24,000 nucleotides of DNA from Candidatus Thioglobus sp. (GCA_008364125.1 VSKZ01000001.1:10235-34234), one strand, 5' to 3'. Positions 1 through 8,676 are shown, counted from the first letter of the stretch. Translations and numbers: made by a program. Notes: generated from the sequence alone by a model not told the origin.

Positions 1-454
1 TGCTGATTTCAATATCTGCCACATCAGTGCCAAGACGATCGTTAATGCCACCCCAATTGCGTAACAACGGCAGATTATAATCCAAAGAAAACTGGCTACG
101 GTTTGTATTTAGGTCTTTGCTTTTTTCGCGCCAAGTGTGTTTTAAAGTGAATTGACTGCCAGTATTGGTGAATTTTTTGGTAGCGGAAATACCTGCCGAA
201 GTGGTGTCCAGATTGTCGTAAATAGCGGCGGCATCTTTGGCATTTTTTTCCCTTTGATAATCGCTATTAATGCCAATAATCCAATCTTGATTTGCGGTAG
301 TGGCACGCTTTTCAACTTGCCTAACTGCACTTGTGAGCGCTTGTTGTTTGAAAAAAGGATGCGCCTCTTTTAGCTGCTGGACAAAGCTTTGCTCGGTTAG
401 CGCTTGCGTATTTATTGCCAAAAATAATAGTGTAATTGCAAAAAATAGCTTCAT
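1..454 (-). CDS. Outer-membrane efflux protein, TolC/OEP-like (N-terminal ~151 codons; the gene continues past the left edge)
   Basis: Absent from the ORF track because there is no stop in the window. Minus-strand ATG at 454..452 reads MKLFFAITLLFLAINTQA|LTEQSFVQQLKEAHPFFKQQALTSAVRQVEKRATTANQDW...SLDYNLPLLRNWGGINDRLG. This is a cleavable signal peptide followed by the N-terminal pattern I associate with the TolC family. The frame stays open to position 1. The ATG overlaps the aroK stop (ATGA). The family assignment is from memory of the family, not a search. Confidence 0.5.
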   Translation of the reverse strand, partial: MKLFFAITLLFLAINTQALTEQSFVQQLKEAHPFFKQQALTSAVRQVEKRATTANQDWIIGINSDYQREKNAKDAAAIYDNLDTTSAGISATKKFTNTGSQFTLKHTWREKSKDLNTNRSQFSLDYNLPLLRNWGGINDRLGTDVADIEIS

Positions 455-972
455 TTTGATGCCGCCTTTTTAATTTCGTTGATAATAGAATAAAGTTTTT
501 TACCGTTGGTATCAATCACCACATTTGCCACTTCTTGATAAAAACCTTCTCTGGCATTGAGCAAATCTTGCAATGTTTTTTCTCTGTCATTCGATTGTTC
601 TAACAAAGGTCGCTGTTTGGATTTGGCAGTGCGTTTGACTAATTGCTCGATGCCCGATGACAAATAGACCACAAAAACATCGCTCTTTAACAAGGCGCGA
701 TTTTCCTCTTTGATAACAACGCCACCGCCTGTGGCAATTACAACATTGGGTATTTTACATAAATCTTTGATCATTTGCACCTCTCGCTGGCGAAAACCCT
801 CTTCGCCTTCAATATCAAAAATATAGTCAATAGAAACACCAGTGCGCGCCACTATTTCAAAATCAGTATCAAAAAAATCACGCTTCAAAACACAGGCAAG
901 ACGGCGGCCAACTGATGTTTTGCCAGAGCCCATCGGTCCAACCAAAACAATGCTTTGCGCTTTTTTAGACAT
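451..972 (-). CDS. aroK: Shikimate kinase
   Basis: 173 aa. Contains the P-loop GPMGSGKTSVGRRLA and the DTD motif (FFDTDFEI), with typical AroK length and layout. Confidence 0.9.
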   Translation of the reverse strand: MSKKAQSIVLVGPMGSGKTSVGRRLACVLKRDFFDTDFEIVARTGVSIDYIFDIEGEEGFRQREVQMIKDLCKIPNVVIATGGGVVIKEENRALLKSDVFVVYLSSGIEQLVKRTAKSKQRPLLEQSNDREKTLQDLLNAREGFYQEVANVVIDTNGKKLYSIINEIKKAASK

Positions 973-984
973 AATTCAAATCAA

Positions 985-1176
985 TCAATTTGCCAGTTTA
1001 TATTTAGAGCCACAATAAGGGCAATTTGCATTGCCATCAGCGTCAAACTGCAAAAACACTTTTGGGTGCATACTCCATTTTTGCGCATCAACAGGCGGGC
1101 AATGGGCTGGCAGGTCTTTTTTTGCTACCATACTAAAACTGACATTTTTTTGCTGAAAATCATCCACAGCTATCAT
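985..1176 (-). CDS. Small zinc-finger (zf-CHCC / NDUFS6-like) domain protein, 63 aa
   Basis: C-terminal pattern HCPP...HPKVFLQFDADGNANCPYCGSKYKL matches the CHCC zinc-finger domain. I start it at the internal ATG 1176..1174, which shares one base with the ilvE stop (TGATG). The 82-aa track version (to 1233) would overlap ilvE by 58 nt. Confidence 0.7.
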   Translation of the reverse strand: MIAVDDFQQKNVSFSMVAKKDLPAHCPPVDAQKWSMHPKVFLQFDADGNANCPYCGSKYKLAN

Positions 1177-2105
1177 CAGCAACCTCCTTTGGAAATCCAA
1201 TTTTGGTATTTTTTGTTGCGACCGTGAACACAATCAAAATACAAACTTTGTAATTTTTCGGTAATCGGTCCGCGTTTGCCGTTGCCGATTGTGCGATTAT
1301 CCAGCTCGCGAATTGGGGTAACTTCCGCTGCTGTGCCGGTGAAAAATGCCTCGTCAGCGCAATAAATTTCATCGCGAGTGATGCGTTTTTCCACAATTTT
1401 GTAGCCCAAATCTGTGGCTAATATAAATATGCTATCGCGAGTGATGCCTGCTAAAGCTGAGCTTAAATCTGGAGTATAAATAATGCCATCACGAATGATG
1501 AATATATTTTCGCCACTACCTTCAGCGACAAAACCATCAACATCCAGCAGCAACGCCTCATCGTAGCCATCAGTCAGGGCTTCTTGTAACGCCAGCATTG
1601 AATTGATGTAATTGCCAGTTGCCTTGGCTTTGGTCATACTAATATTAGCGTGATGGCGGGTGTAGCTTGAAGTGCGAATACGCAAGCCGTTGCGCATATT
1701 TTCCTCGCCCAAATACGAGCCCCATTCCCACGCTGCAACGATAGTATGGACTTTTAAATTATCAGCACGCAAACCCATACCCTCTGAGCCATAAAAGCAC
1801 ATCGGGCGGATATAGGCGCTAGATAAGTTATTTTTGGCCACTGCATCTTTTTGCGCTTGATTGATTTCATCTTTGCTAAAACCGATGTCCATATTCATAA
1901 TTTTGGCAGAATTAAACAGCCTGTCAGTGTGATCTTGCAGACGAAATATCGCAGTGCCATTGTCATTTTTATAAGCACGAACACCTTCAAACACTCCCAT
2001 ACCATAGTGCAGCGTGTGCGTTAATACATGAATTTTAGCATCCCGCCAATCAACCCATTTGCCATCAAACCAAATAAAACCGTCTCTATCGTCAAAGTTA
2101 TTCAT
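1176..2105 (-). CDS. ilvE: Branched-chain amino acid aminotransferase
   Basis: 309 aa. Class IV aminotransferase signatures are present (HYGMGVFEGVRAY, EGSGENIF, GITRDS, FFTGTAAEVTPI). An AAGGA Shine-Dalgarno sequence lies inside the end of lysC. Confidence 0.93.
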   Translation of the reverse strand: MNNFDDRDGFIWFDGKWVDWRDAKIHVLTHTLHYGMGVFEGVRAYKNDNGTAIFRLQDHTDRLFNSAKIMNMDIGFSKDEINQAQKDAVAKNNLSSAYIRPMCFYGSEGMGLRADNLKVHTIVAAWEWGSYLGEENMRNGLRIRTSSYTRHHANISMTKAKATGNYINSMLALQEALTDGYDEALLLDVDGFVAEGSGENIFIIRDGIIYTPDLSSALAGITRDSIFILATDLGYKIVEKRITRDEIYCADEAFFTGTAAEVTPIRELDNRTIGNGKRGPITEKLQSLYFDCVHGRNKKYQNWISKGGC

Positions 2106-2106
2106 T

Positions 2107-3333
2107 TTAATTATCCTTATCTAAATTAAACGCAGCATGCAGCGAGCGCACTGCCAACTCCAAATATTTCTCATCCAGCACTACCGATATTTTAATCTCA
2201 GAAGTGGAAATCATTTGAATATTCACATTTTCCTGATGCAAGGTCTCAAACATTTGCGCCGCAATGCCCGCGTGTGAGCGCATACCGATACCTACCAACG
2301 ATACTTTTACCACTTTGTCATCAGCCTGCACAGTTTTAGCGCTGAGTTCTGTGCAAATTCTTTGTAGTATTTTCTGCGCTTTATTGAAATCAGAGCGATT
2401 CACGGTGAAGGCAAAATTCGTCAATCCCTCACGCGCCGAAACGCTTTGCACAATCATATCCACCTCAATATTCGCCTCACTAATCGGCTTTAAAATTTTA
2501 TAAGCAATGCCCGGCTCGTCAGGCACGCCGATGAGGCTGAGCTTGGCTTCGTCTTTGTTGTGTGCTATTCCTGAAATAACTGCTTGTTCCATAATATTAT
2601 CCTCACTGGTGATTAATGTGCCGCTTGGATTGTCAATCATTGATGACAAAACCCTGAGTGGCACTTGGTATTTTGAGGCAAATTCTACGCTGCGAATTTG
2701 CAAAATTTTAGAGCCCAGCGATGCCATTTCCAGCATCTCTTCGTAACTCACAATATTCATTCTTCTAGCATTTGGCTCAATCCGCGGGTCGGTGGTGTAA
2801 ACGCCGTCAACATCAGTATAAATCTGGCATTCATCAGCTTTGAGAGCCGCTGCCAGAGCAACTGCGGTGGTATCAGAGCCGCCGCGTCCTAATGTAGTAA
2901 TATGCCCTTGTTCGTCAACACCTTGAAAACCAGCCACAACGACAACGAAGCCCTTGTCCAAACTGGAATGGATGCGATGGTCGTCAATGGATTTGATGCG
3001 TGCTTTGCCGTGCGCACTATCGGTGGTAATTCTCACTTGCGCTCCGGTATAGGAAATTGCCTTAGCGCCCAATTGTTGCAATGCCATTGTTAAAAGTGAA
3101 ATGGTTACCTGCTCGCCGGTAGTCAGCAAAACATCCATCTCACGCAAAGATGGAGTGTCTTGAATTTGCTCTGCCAACTCGGTCATTCTATTGGTTTCAC
3201 CGCTCATAGCCGAGACGCTGACAACTAATTTATTGCCAGCATCAGCAAAGATTTTGATTTTTTTGGCAACAGCCTGAATTAGCTCCACCGAGCCAACCGA
3301 AGTGCCACCATATTTTTGAACTATTAACGCCAC
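2107..3333 (-). CDS. lysC: Aspartate kinase
   Basis: 408 aa with a GTG start. The N-terminus MALIVQKYGGTSVG is typical, and a GRGGSDTTA motif and C-terminal ACT-type regulatory repeats are present. The stop lies 1 nt from the ilvE start. Confidence 0.93.
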   Translation of the reverse strand: MALIVQKYGGTSVGSVELIQAVAKKIKIFADAGNKLVVSVSAMSGETNRMTELAEQIQDTPSLREMDVLLTTGEQVTISLLTMALQQLGAKAISYTGAQVRITTDSAHGKARIKSIDDHRIHSSLDKGFVVVVAGFQGVDEQGHITTLGRGGSDTTAVALAAALKADECQIYTDVDGVYTTDPRIEPNARRMNIVSYEEMLEMASLGSKILQIRSVEFASKYQVPLRVLSSMIDNPSGTLITSEDNIMEQAVISGIAHNKDEAKLSLIGVPDEPGIAYKILKPISEANIEVDMIVQSVSAREGLTNFAFTVNRSDFNKAQKILQRICTELSAKTVQADDKVVKVSLVGIGMRSHAGIAAQMFETLHQENVNIQMISTSEIKISVVLDEKYLELAVRSLHAAFNLDKDN

Positions 3334-3364
3334 AAGTGCAATAAAAAATAAAAATAATGCTCAA

Positions 3365-3370
3365 ATTATA
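3365..3370 (-). promoter_or_regulatory. Candidate -10 box (TATAAT) for the lysC-ilvE-aroK transcription unit
   Basis: A perfect TATAAT on the minus strand lies 31 nt upstream of the lysC GTG. The best -35 at 17-nt spacing is poor (CGCCAA/TTCGCC). In AT-rich DNA such a hexamer can occur by chance. Confidence 0.25.
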
Positions 3371-3632
3371 CTTTAACCGCCTTACTTTTGGCGAAAATAG
3401 TTATTGTTTATTTATTGCCAAAAACATATTTTGACTTAAATACATAAATCAGCAACGGAATAATCGTTAGGGCAATCACCACATCAATAATTAAAGATTC
3501 AGAAATAAAAATCGCCAGCGCCCAAAAGCCGCCAATTATTAAAAAAAATATGAAAAAATAACAACTATTACAAACTAATCAAAATCACTTTTTCTATGTA
3601 AAATAATAATTTTTTATGTTTCAATAAAAACT

Positions 3633-4880
3633 ATGCAATTTAATTTATTAACTGTGATTTTTCTGCTGGCAATAGCTGCTTATATGCTTACGATAATATG
3701 GCTGAATGCTCGGCAGGCTAAGGCAGTGCAAAGCTCATTTGACAAAGTGCCTGATGAATTTTCGGCAAAAATCAGCTTGCAAAAGCATCAAAAAGCCGCC
3801 AATTACACTCGTGCTAAATTGGCAGTTAGCAACTTTGAAACGGCATTTTCGGTCTTGGTGCTGCTGGGCTGGACACTGGGCGGCGGCTTGCAATGGCTTG
3901 ATATTATTTGGCAAGCACAAATGCAAAATCAGCTATTGGTTGGCACTGGTTTTATCGTCAGTTTGATGCTGCTTGGAGCGTTGATTGATTTGCCGTTTAG
4001 CCTCTATCGCACCTTTGTTTTAGAGGCAAAATTTGGCTTTAACAAAACCACAATTTCCACGCTGATTGCCGATATGGCAAAGGGTTTGGCGCTGATGCTT
4101 GTGCTTGGAATGCCGCTGATTTATGCGGTGCTTTATTTGATGAATGCGGCAGGCGAATATTGGTGGCTGACAGTTTGGCTACTTTTGACTGCGGTTTCAC
4201 TGTTGATGCTGTGGCTTTATCCAAGTTTTATTGCGCCAATATTCAACAAATTCAAACCTTTGGACGACCAACAGTTGAGGGTAAAAATTGACGATTTACT
4301 CAAACGCACCGGTTTCAAAAGCGATGGCGTATTTGTGATGGACGGCTCAAAACGCTCATCACACGGCAACGCCTATTTCACCGGCATCGGCAAAAACAAG
4401 CGCATCGTGTTTTTTGACACTTTGCTAAAAGGTATGGAAACTCAAGAGGTTGAGGCGATTTTGGCGCACGAGTTAGGCCATTTTCACCACCGCCACATTC
4501 GCAAACAAATGTTAATATCGTTTTTGACCAGTCTGCTTGGATTGGCGCTGCTAGGCTATTTAATCAATCAAACTTGGTTTTTCAACGGACTGGGAATTAG
4601 CCAAGCAAGCAACCACGCCGCATTAGTTTTATTTATGATGGTAGTGCCGATTTTTAGCTTTTTCAGCACTCCTATCAGCAGCTTTTTTTCACGCAAATAC
4701 GAGTTTGAAGCTGATGCCTTTGCTGCAAAACACACCAGCGCTGATTATTTGATTTCAGGCTTGGTCAAACTCTATCGCGACAACGCCAGCGCACTAACGC
4801 CAGATAGGTTATACTCGGCATTTTACGATTCGCATCCGCGCGCATCGATTCGCATTAATCACTTAAAACAGGCGACATAA
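3633..4880 (+). CDS. M48 family (Ste24/HtpX-type) integral-membrane zinc metalloprotease
   Basis: 415 aa with several predicted TM helices. It carries a HEXXH motif (AHELGHFHHRH) and a downstream acidic motif (YEFEADAFA), the usual M48 arrangement. Confidence 0.85.
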   Translation: MQFNLLTVIFLLAIAAYMLTIIWLNARQAKAVQSSFDKVPDEFSAKISLQKHQKAANYTRAKLAVSNFETAFSVLVLLGWTLGGGLQWLDIIWQAQMQNQLLVGTGFIVSLMLLGALIDLPFSLYRTFVLEAKFGFNKTTISTLIADMAKGLALMLVLGMPLIYAVLYLMNAAGEYWWLTVWLLLTAVSLLMLWLYPSFIAPIFNKFKPLDDQQLRVKIDDLLKRTGFKSDGVFVMDGSKRSSHGNAYFTGIGKNKRIVFFDTLLKGMETQEVEAILAHELGHFHHRHIRKQMLISFLTSLLGLALLGYLINQTWFFNGLGISQASNHAALVLFMMVVPIFSFFSTPISSFFSRKYEFEADAFAAKHTSADYLISGLVKLYRDNASALTPDRLYSAFYDSHPRASIRINHLKQAT

Positions 4881-5197
4881 TGAAAAAATTATTAACAATA
4901 ATAACGCTATTATCATCCGCAGTTTTTGCCAATCAAGAGCAAAATATTCCCATCAGCGAGGGGCAAACTCTACACCAAGAATCTTGCATTGCTTGTCATA
5001 TAGTGCCGCACGATGAGGCGTTTTACTTGCGTGAAAACCGCAAAGTTAGCAGCTTAATAGGGCTATCAACTCAAATCGGCAGATGCGCTCAAAATTTCAG
5101 CACCGGATGGTTTCCAGACGAAGAAAAAGCCGTGGTAGATTACCTCAACCAACATTATTACAAATTCCAAACCAACAACGCTTTTGAGCCTAAATAG
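4880..5197 (+). CDS. Small exported c-type cytochrome-like protein (single CxxCH)
   Basis: 105 aa with signal peptide MKKLLTIITLLSSAVFA|NQ and one heme-attachment motif, CIACH. The ATG shares one base with the M48 stop (TAATG). Confidence 0.6.
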   Translation: MKKLLTIITLLSSAVFANQEQNIPISEGQTLHQESCIACHIVPHDEAFYLRENRKVSSLIGLSTQIGRCAQNFSTGWFPDEEKAVVDYLNQHYYKFQTNNAFEPK

Positions 5198-6143
5198 ACG
5201 ACAAAAATGGCGCATTGAAAAAATCCAATCCGAGCGCATTGCCCGGGCAAATTCAGTTGCTGATAATGCGCAAAATCCAGCAGATTACGCGCCGCAAACT
5301 GGCTTAGTAATCACGCGTTACGGTCAGCGTTTGCTGGTTGAAAACGAGGCTGGAGACCTAATCCAATGCACATCCAGACGCAATATTGATTTGTCAGTCG
5401 CTGGTGATCAGGTGATTTTTATGACAAATGCTGACAATAGCGGAGTTGTTACTGCCATACTTGAACGCGATAATTGTCTGAAACGCTCCGGCAAACTCAT
5501 CGCTGCTAATATTGACGAAATGCGCTTGGTGGTTGCCTTGCAGCCGCATTATCAATTTGATTTAATTGACCGTTATTTAATCGTTGCCGAAAATGCGCAA
5601 CTGCCGATTAGCATTGTGGTCAACAAAATTGAGCTGTCTGCCAACATTGAACAAGTCAAAAAAGATTTTTCTATGTATCGGTCAATCGGCATTGATGTGC
5701 ATTATTTAAGCGTCAAAGAGCAAATAGGCACGCAAGATTTCAAGGAGCAAATAGGCGGAAAAAGCAATATTTTTCTCGGTCAATCTGGGGTCGGAAAATC
5801 CTCATTAATAAACGAATTGTTGCCAGATTTGAACCTGAAAATAGCGCAAATATCCGCCAAAAGCAAGCTTGGAAAGCACACCACCACTGCCACTACGCTC
5901 TATCATATTCCAACAGGCGGCGATTTAATCGACTCTCCTGGAGTGCGAGAATTTCATTTGGACAATTTGACAAATGCGCAAATTTTAAGCGGATTTAAGG
6001 AGTTTAAGCCTTTGATGGGGCAATGTAAATTTAGAAATTGCACCCACAAAAGCGAGCCTGATTGTGCCATCAAAAACGCCTTAGAATCTGGCGCTATTCA
6101 TCCAAAACGCTATGAAACTTACCTGTCTTTAATGGACGAATAA
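5184..6143 (+). CDS. rsgA: Ribosome small-subunit-dependent GTPase A
   Basis: 319 aa with a basic N-terminus and a circularly permuted GTPase (NKIEL ... GQSGVGKSSLIN). The C-terminal zinc knuckle CKFRNCTHKSEPDCAI is present. The only usable start is TTG at 5184, which overlaps the previous gene by 14 nt. Confidence 0.9.
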   Translation: MSLNRRQKWRIEKIQSERIARANSVADNAQNPADYAPQTGLVITRYGQRLLVENEAGDLIQCTSRRNIDLSVAGDQVIFMTNADNSGVVTAILERDNCLKRSGKLIAANIDEMRLVVALQPHYQFDLIDRYLIVAENAQLPISIVVNKIELSANIEQVKKDFSMYRSIGIDVHYLSVKEQIGTQDFKEQIGGKSNIFLGQSGVGKSSLINELLPDLNLKIAQISAKSKLGKHTTTATTLYHIPTGGDLIDSPGVREFHLDNLTNAQILSGFKEFKPLMGQCKFRNCTHKSEPDCAIKNALESGAIHPKRYETYLSLMDE

Positions 6144-6145
6144 TA

Positions 6146-7402
6146 CTACTGGAACTCCATTTTTCTAAATATTCGCGCCGCATTTTGGCGGTGTAATTCA
6201 CGATAAGTGCGCCAATCTCGATAAGCAGATTGGTCAATATTATAAGCATCAGTCAGTTCGCCGTCATTATCCAATATTTTTGTAATTTTATCGTGCATAT
6301 AAACCAAATAATCCTTGGTGAATTTAGTTACAGTTGCCAAATCGGTCGGATGGCCGTGGCCGGGAATAATGATTTTTGGCGATAGGGCTTCGATTTTGTC
6401 CCAAGTTTTTATCCATTCGGCAATATTAGTATTACGAAAAATCGGCAACATTCTTTCGTTAAAAGCACTGTCACCACTGATTAGCAGCTTTTCTTCTGGC
6501 AACCAAAGCTGAATATCATCAGGCGAATGTGAAGCGCCAATGTGCAATATTTCAATCTCGATGCCGCCCATATTGAGGCTGAGTTTTTTGTCAAAAACTC
6601 GGTCTGGGCGCACAATTTTACTGCCGATAAATTTGTCTTTTTGCAGCGCAAAAGCGCGCATAAAAATCTCGTCCCCGCGCTCAACAATCTCTTTGTCTGC
6701 CTCTATATGAGCGATAATTTCTGCGCCCTGCTGTTTCCAATAATTAGCACCAGCAATCGCATGAGACTGAGAATTTTCAAGCACAACATAACGAATTGGC
6801 TGCTTAGTGATTTTTTTGATTTCAGCGTGCAACGCCTGTGCCACAAGATAGCTGCCACCGGCGTTAAACAACAAAACACCGTCATCGCTGACAATAAACG
6901 ATAAATTGTTGTTGTGATTTGAGTTTTGATAAGTAGCCGGCTGCGCTGCGCCCACTGCCGTATAGACATTTTTAATCACTAATTCTGGCTTTCGATAGAG
7001 AATATTATCAGGCTCAAAGTCGCTTATCCACACTGGATTTTGCTGCTTTTTCCAAGTAAAAAAACCATCGGCATAATTTTTGACATTAGTGTAACCCATA
7101 TCCATCAAGGTTTGTGCTGCAAGTGGTGAGCGAATATTTAGCCCGCAATAAACTATAATCGGGGTATTTTTATTTTTAGTATAATCGCCAATTTGCGTCT
7201 CAATCCAGCCGCGTAGAATATTCACATTTTGCCCACGGTCAATAGTTCCAGTGTGATTGATTTCAAACGGCGCACGCACATCAATCAGCAAAACATTTGG
7301 GTCTGTGTCCAAGATTTTTTTCAGCTCTTCGGTGTTGATATTAACCAAGGCTGAGACGCTACTGAGGCTAAAAGTAGCAATGATTATCAAAATATAACGC
7401 AT
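6146..7402 (-). CDS. Periplasmic rhodanese-domain / metallo-beta-lactamase-fold fusion protein
   Basis: 418 aa with signal peptide MRYILIIIATFSLSSVSA. The rhodanese domain has an active-site loop, VYCGLNIRS (Cys86). The C-terminal MBL fold shows ASHSPDD, SGD and PGHGHP motifs, but NSQSHA stands where HxHxDH is expected. Confidence 0.75.
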   Translation of the reverse strand: MRYILIIIATFSLSSVSALVNINTEELKKILDTDPNVLLIDVRAPFEINHTGTIDRGQNVNILRGWIETQIGDYTKNKNTPIIVYCGLNIRSPLAAQTLMDMGYTNVKNYADGFFTWKKQQNPVWISDFEPDNILYRKPELVIKNVYTAVGAAQPATYQNSNHNNNLSFIVSDDGVLLFNAGGSYLVAQALHAEIKKITKQPIRYVVLENSQSHAIAGANYWKQQGAEIIAHIEADKEIVERGDEIFMRAFALQKDKFIGSKIVRPDRVFDKKLSLNMGGIEIEILHIGASHSPDDIQLWLPEEKLLISGDSAFNERMLPIFRNTNIAEWIKTWDKIEALSPKIIIPGHGHPTDLATVTKFTKDYLVYMHDKITKILDNDGELTDAYNIDQSAYRDWRTYRELHRQNAARIFRKMEFQ

Positions 7403-7427
7403 AGTTTTTATTTGCTAAAAAACCAAC

Positions 7428-7456
7428 ATTATATCAAACAATGTTTAATTACTTAA
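7428..7456 (-). promoter_or_regulatory. Candidate sigma70-type promoter for the rhodanese/MBL gene
   Basis: Minus strand reads TTAAGT, then 17 nt, then TATAAT (-10 at 7433..7428). The -10 lies about 25 nt upstream of the ATG at 7402. Weak evidence in AT-rich DNA. Confidence 0.25.
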
Positions 7457-7480
7457 AAAAAATACCGACATTTCCAGCCC

Positions 7481-8116
7481 TTAATCCTTTATAAATAAGG
7501 CAACATTATCTCCGTAAAGTTCAAGTTTTGTGCCATATATTTTTGCCAAATAGCGCATTGTTTGCTTGGAAAAAAAGCAAATATGGGTTGGGTCATTTTT
7601 GTAATACCACGATGAAAATTCCACTTTTTCATTTATCATTTGCGTCATCAACGCCAACACTCCGCCACTTTTCAGGATTTCCAGCAAACGCTGTAATTCA
7701 AATTTTGGATTATTTAAATGTTCAACAACTTCGGTGGCGCAAATAAAATCATATTTATTGTTAAATACTGCTAAATTATTGGCATAGAATTTATCAAACA
7801 AATCCATCTGGCAGCCATATTTTGTCAGCATCACAGACAAAGTCGGCCCCGGTCCGCTGCCAAAATCTAAGCCTTTGCTGCCGGGTTTAATATACTTGGA
7901 AACAGGCGTAACAAGTTGCGCTAAAAACTGACGATAGCGCTGGTCATTGGGGTTGTTTTGGTGTTGGTCGTAACGCTTTTTTTCCTCGTCAGCACTCAGG
8001 TGAAATAACGGCGGCACAAACACCAAATCACAGCGGGTGCAATGCAAATATTCAGCGGCGCTGTCTTGATAATAGGGCTTAGAATCAGCAGAGCACAAAG
8101 GGCAGTTTTTGCCCAT
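7481..8116 (-). CDS. Class I SAM-dependent methyltransferase with N-terminal 4-Cys zinc ribbon
   Basis: 211 aa. The zinc ribbon is CPLC...CTRC. SAM-binding motif I is GLDFGSGPGP, followed by the post-I/II pattern (ICATEVVEHL, GGVLAL). Substrate unknown. Confidence 0.75.
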   Translation of the reverse strand: MGKNCPLCSADSKPYYQDSAAEYLHCTRCDLVFVPPLFHLSADEEKKRYDQHQNNPNDQRYRQFLAQLVTPVSKYIKPGSKGLDFGSGPGPTLSVMLTKYGCQMDLFDKFYANNLAVFNNKYDFICATEVVEHLNNPKFELQRLLEILKSGGVLALMTQMINEKVEFSSWYYKNDPTHICFFSKQTMRYLAKIYGTKLELYGDNVALFIKD

Positions 8117-8125
8117 TATGAAAAA

Positions 8126-8608
8126 TTAATGTGAGCAAGTTGCGCTATGCACATGCCCGTGTTCCAGCTCGTCTTTAGTGGCATCACGCACATTTTCGAT
8201 GCTGACATTAAAGTGCAGCGTCTGCCCTGCTAACGGATGATTGCCATCAACAGTAACTGTGTCTTTGCCGATTTCCTTCACCACCACCACAAACGCATTA
8301 CCGCTTTCGTCTTGCGATTGCAACTCCATTCCTACTTTTAAATCGCTAATTCCTTGCAGCGCCTCCATCGGAATTTTTTGCACGCCATCAGCGTGATACT
8401 CGCCATAGCCGTCTTTTGCCGCAACGCTGGCATCGCAAGATTCGCCAACTTTCATACCTTTCAAAACTTTTTCAAGCCCTGGAACGATGTTGCCATGCCC
8501 ATACAAAAATGGCATTGGCTCTTGCCCTTTTGATGTGTCAATAACTTCGCTGGCATCGTTTTTAAGGGTGTAATGCATTTCTACTACTTTGTCTTTTTTT
8601 ATATTCAT
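8126..8608 (-). CDS. slyD: FKBP-type peptidyl-prolyl cis-trans isomerase SlyD
   Basis: 160 aa from ATG 8608..8606, with GGAG 7 nt upstream. It has an FKBP core with an IF-domain insertion and a His/Cys-rich tail (EHGHVHSATCSH). The longer track ORF starts at a TTG inside the upstream terminator hairpin. Confidence 0.85.
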   Translation of the reverse strand: MNIKKDKVVEMHYTLKNDASEVIDTSKGQEPMPFLYGHGNIVPGLEKVLKGMKVGESCDASVAAKDGYGEYHADGVQKIPMEALQGISDLKVGMELQSQDESGNAFVVVVKEIGKDTVTVDGNHPLAGQTLHFNVSIENVRDATKDELEHGHVHSATCSH

Positions 8609-8640
8609 TTTTGCTCTCCGTTTTTCGGTGATAGAAATAA

Positions 8641-8670
8641 AAAAGGCTTTCAAAAACTTGAAAGCCTTTT
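8641..8670 (-). terminator. Intrinsic terminator hairpin downstream of tRNA-Lys
   Basis: A perfect 13-bp inverted repeat, AAAAGGCTTTCAA / TTGAAAGCCTTTT, with a 4-nt loop. On the minus strand it is followed by TTATTTCTAT. It starts 6 nt after the tRNA CCA end. Confidence 0.6.
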
Positions 8671-8676
8671 AAAATA

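Noticed and set aside
985-1233. The longer 82-aa version of the zinc-finger ORF. The same issue applies to the 175-aa version of slyD (to 8653) and the 440-aa version of hisD (from 21469).
   Set aside because: The longer starts overlap the upstream gene by tens of nucleotides. For slyD, the longer start is a TTG inside the terminator hairpin. The internal ATGs give canonical N-termini, stop/start coupling, or a proper Shine-Dalgarno sequence.
3334-3420. A possible lysine riboswitch (L-box) upstream of lysC, as is known for E. coli lysC.
   Set aside because: The region is very AT-rich. Only about 31 nt separate the candidate -10 box from the GTG, and I see none of the conserved G-rich helices. 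A covariance-model scan (Rfam Lysine) would be the decisive test, and I could not run one.
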